Notes under the pieces: model-generated
Told to the model about the DNA's origin: nothing
Seen by the model: the letters and a program-made list of their open reading frames with translations, nothing else
Database searches by the model: none
In this document: positions 33,202-35,727 of the stretch, piece by piece
How positions within the stretch are numbered: position 1 is the first letter of the stretch
Layout of the letters: each line of letters opens with the position of its first letter
Program-made: the position numbers and the translations under genes
Source: a virus
Lineage: Duplodnaviria; Caudoviricetes
Virus record (IMG/VR): IMGVR_UViG_3300008007_000039
Coordinates: 1 to 35,727 of that record
Length of the DNA: 35,727 nucleotides
Direction: 5' to 3' (one strand)

Positions 33202-33382
33202 GGATCACCTTTACATACGGAATTCCAGCCTGAACCTTAATAATCTGACCACCAACAACCTGATGCATTGGGTCACGGCCTTTATAGGTATCTCTACCAA
33301 TCGTAAACTCAGGCAGGTTATCGTTTGCAAGTGTTTCTTTTGCTACGACACTCAATTCTTTCGCTTTATTTTTCTTCGACAT
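33194..33382 (-). CDS. Hypothetical protein
   Basis: Start revised to MSKKNK (AAGGAG RBS). Confidence 0.55.
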   Translation of the reverse strand: MSKKNKAKELSVVAKETLANDNLPEFTIGRDTYKGRDPMHQVVGGQIIKVQAGIPYVKVIHD

Positions 33383-33578
33383 CTTTAATCTCCTTCTCAA
33401 CTGATTCAATAACATTCTCTAATAGTTTTATCTTGTTGTCAACATAGGCCTTCATATTATATGAAAATTCTTTGTTTAGCTTTCCAATAACGAGAAACAT
33501 AGGTAGTAACAATAAGAATAAAACAAGAATAACAAGCTCTCTTATCGCTACCCATAGATACCATAATACTTTAAGCAT
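33366..33578 (-). CDS. Small membrane protein
   Basis: Hydrophobic N-terminus, GGAGG RBS. Confidence 0.55.
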   Translation of the reverse strand: MLKVLWYLWVAIRELVILVLFLLLLPMFLVIGKLNKEFSYNMKAYVDNKIKLLENVIESVEKEIKDVEEK

Positions 33579-33831
33579 TCACAACCTCCAAAAACTCGTT
33601 TGAGCTTTTTAGTTTAACATCTAAATCTAGGTGACGAGTATAGATAACGCCATTATCCGTATTTAGCACGTAAAACGTCTCTTCCATTCCAAAATAGCCT
33701 TGCGTGTATGCGTATAGTGTAATGCCAGACTTGTATATTGGACTATGCACACTTCTTACAGCTTTTTGCGTCTGCAATACTCTAGCAAGATCTTCGCACT
33801 TGCTTGCAAACTCTGTAGCACTCATCTTCAC
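33571..33831 (-). CDS. Hypothetical protein
   Basis: Overlapping co-oriented ORF. Confidence 0.55.
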   Translation of the reverse strand: MKMSATEFASKCEDLARVLQTQKAVRSVHSPIYKSGITLYAYTQGYFGMEETFYVLNTDNGVIYTRHLDLDVKLKSSNEFLEVVNA

Positions 33832-34148
33832 AGCGGAATCACTCGACCCCCAATATGCGCTTCAATTGCTGTTTCACAATTGATTGACCGCCAGCATCTT
33901 TCTGCTGGATCGCCTTTTGCAAGCAGAGACTGATCACAAACAGAAATTAAGTTTGGATTATTTTTCTTGCGAGTAGCTACCGCTTGTTTTGCTGAATCAG
34001 ATGCAGCTTCGCCTTTAATGCCCTTCGCTGTTTTTGGGTTGAAAGCCATGACACGCTCAGTGCCATCAGCTTTGATAAATTTTACAGACATAACTCGTGA
34101 GTTGCTTGATGAGATTAAATCTTTTAGTGTTTTAACTTTATCAATCAT
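33828..34148 (-). CDS. SH3/Sm-like beta-barrel (WYL_2-type) protein
   Basis: 'V.F.KADGTERVM' and 'WRSI' motifs; AGGAG RBS; promoter TTGACA-17-TAATAT at 34180-34208. Confidence 0.6.
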   Translation of the reverse strand: MIDKVKTLKDLISSSNSRVMSVKFIKADGTERVMAFNPKTAKGIKGEAASDSAKQAVATRKKNNPNLISVCDQSLLAKGDPAERCWRSINCETAIEAHIGGRVIPL

Positions 34149-34219
34149 TTTGTTTCTCCTGCCGTTGTTTGATGTAAGTATATTAAGCCTACACCAAACA
34201 ACTGTCAACACTTTTTAAT

Positions 34220-34807
34220 TTATTTTTTTAACTCTGCAAAAGCAGCTTGTACACACTTAATTTGATGAATGCAGTCATCAACTGGATTGTGCTGCACGCC
34301 AACAAAATCAAGCTCTTTCTTTGGATTGACTCCTGTAACCGCCTCACATGTCTCCATTAGCGTCCTGAAGTCTGAGTGCTCCCAGTGACTAACATTACTG
34401 CTAAAATCTATTCCAACAGCCTCGCAGGCTGAATAGAGCCATAGGTTGTCTGCAAGGATGCCATTTCCCCATAGGCGAATATCGTCGTCCTTGAACTCAG
34501 CTTTTAGCTCACCAATCCACTCAAAAAACCACTCAAGAGCAACACCAAGAAGCTCATTGCCGGTTGTTTGAGAGCTGTACATACTCTGCTTTGCGGCATC
34601 AGACTGCTTGCGCCAAAAATCGATGGTGCTGTCTGTTATCTTTAATCCAGACATAACAGACGACGCAAGCGTCACTCCTGAATGAAAGTGGTGTTCAATA
34701 TCTTGAGTATTGCCTTCTGGATCAAACACAACAGCAGCAATCTCCATAATCGCAGGAGAAATGCCTACGCCCATTGTCTCTAAATCCAACATAATATGAA
34801 TTGTCAT
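34220..34807 (-). CDS. DEDDh 3'-5' exonuclease (exonuclease VIII/Rv2179c-like)
   Basis: 'IMLDLETMG', 'T..FW.KQS', 'WGNG..AD', 'DFRT', 'HNPVDDC.HQ'. Confidence 0.85.
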   Translation of the reverse strand: MTIHIMLDLETMGVGISPAIMEIAAVVFDPEGNTQDIEHHFHSGVTLASSVMSGLKITDSTIDFWRKQSDAAKQSMYSSQTTGNELLGVALEWFFEWIGELKAEFKDDDIRLWGNGILADNLWLYSACEAVGIDFSSNVSHWEHSDFRTLMETCEAVTGVNPKKELDFVGVQHNPVDDCIHQIKCVQAAFAELKK

Positions 34808-34818
34808 AAAGCCTCCTG

Positions 34819-35688
34819 TTAAAAATTATTAAGTGCTGGCAATCCAACACAAAGAACGTTTACGCCTAATGGCCCCCAAGTCTCGTGCAGCACCTGCTGA
34901 CGATCATCAATCACAGCCTGTACGTTATACACATTTCGGATATGTGTGTCAAACAATTCCCGCTTGATAATGCTGTCTCTGCGCATATCGCCAGCTTCAC
35001 GCATAAACAGCTCAAAATCGCTACCGAAATGATCGTATAGCCATTGCTTGGTAATGTCATAGCAAGATCCATCTCGACCACTCAGGAACACAATGCCGTA
35101 ACCCTGTGCGTTTAACCCTTTCACAATGTCCATGACCCAAGTCTTAGGCAAGTCTTCACCGACACGCTCCCAGTCGTACCAGCCTCGCCCTTGTGATTCT
35201 GCTACTGTTCCATCAATGTCAACAACATAAACCTTTTCACCATCACCAGCGACATACTTACCATATTCATCACCTTTGTACTGGCACCACTGGCGTAAAA
35301 TAACATCACTACCGACACCGCCAAATCGCTGATTGTCTCGTGAAATGGCGTCTCGAAGATCAACGTCGAAGTGCTTTTCTTCGACTTCATACCCCATCTC
35401 AATCAGCTTATTAGCCATGTCGATCCTACGACCGATATTCAAATTGGTATCAGCAAGAATAACATTCATCCCCTGTAATGCAGCGTACTCAATTAACTCC
35501 CAGTACTTGCGAGTAACTTCATCTTCATTCTTTTTGTTGAATGTCCAGTTATTCCAGATCTTGGACCCACCATTAAATCGAATATCGTCTCGACACACAA
35601 CAATCCAGTCGGCACGATTCCGAACATACTCTTCCGCCCAAGTAGTCTTTCCGCTACCGCTAATTCCTACACAAATAATTGCTTTCAT
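34819..35688 (-). CDS. pseT: Polynucleotide 5'-kinase / 3'-phosphatase
   Basis: P-loop 'GISGSGKTTW', 'RDDIR', 'DTNL'; HAD domain 'DIDGT', 'SGR', 'IDDR'. Confidence 0.92.
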   Translation of the reverse strand: MKAIICVGISGSGKTTWAEEYVRNRADWIVVCRDDIRFNGGSKIWNNWTFNKKNEDEVTRKYWELIEYAALQGMNVILADTNLNIGRRIDMANKLIEMGYEVEEKHFDVDLRDAISRDNQRFGGVGSDVILRQWCQYKGDEYGKYVAGDGEKVYVVDIDGTVAESQGRGWYDWERVGEDLPKTWVMDIVKGLNAQGYGIVFLSGRDGSCYDITKQWLYDHFGSDFELFMREAGDMRRDSIIKRELFDTHIRNVYNVQAVIDDRQQVLHETWGPLGVNVLCVGLPALNNF

Positions 35689-35727
35689 TTATTACTCCTT
35701 TCGAAAAAACATGTACAATTTTTTCAA

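Overview
Part of a lytic-type tailed dsDNA phage genome, probably siphovirus-like. The host is probably a gammaproteobacterium, judged from the CTG-N10-CAG LexA boxes and a TyrR-type box. Layout: (1) 1-11.8 kb, minus strand: late head module with terL, a small ORF, portal, scaffold, major capsid, two large Ig/beta-rich proteins and head-tail proteins, driven by repeated extended -10 (TGnTATAAT) promoters. (2) 11.9-18.7 kb, plus strand: a run of small hypothetical genes with a 3-member paralog family and several broken genes. (3) 19.1-22.4 kb: largely non-coding hub on which both accessory gene blocks converge. (4) 22-35.7 kb, minus strand: early/middle genes with sigma70 promoter cassettes, two pentapeptide-repeat paralogs, denV, a PAPS-reductase-family gene, a displaced putative terS, Gp157-like, MazG-like, DEDDh exonuclease and PNK/PseT genes, a pseudo-tRNA and a T-loop structured RNA candidate. 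The most striking element is at 21.19-21.70 kb: a non-coding array of host-protein binding sites, with 11-bp-phased DnaA boxes, eight LexA/SOS boxes at about 47-bp period, a perfect TyrR box and further palindromes. I propose (inference only) that it is a DNA decoy that titrates host regulators during infection. Family assignments come from motif recognition by eye; no searches were run.
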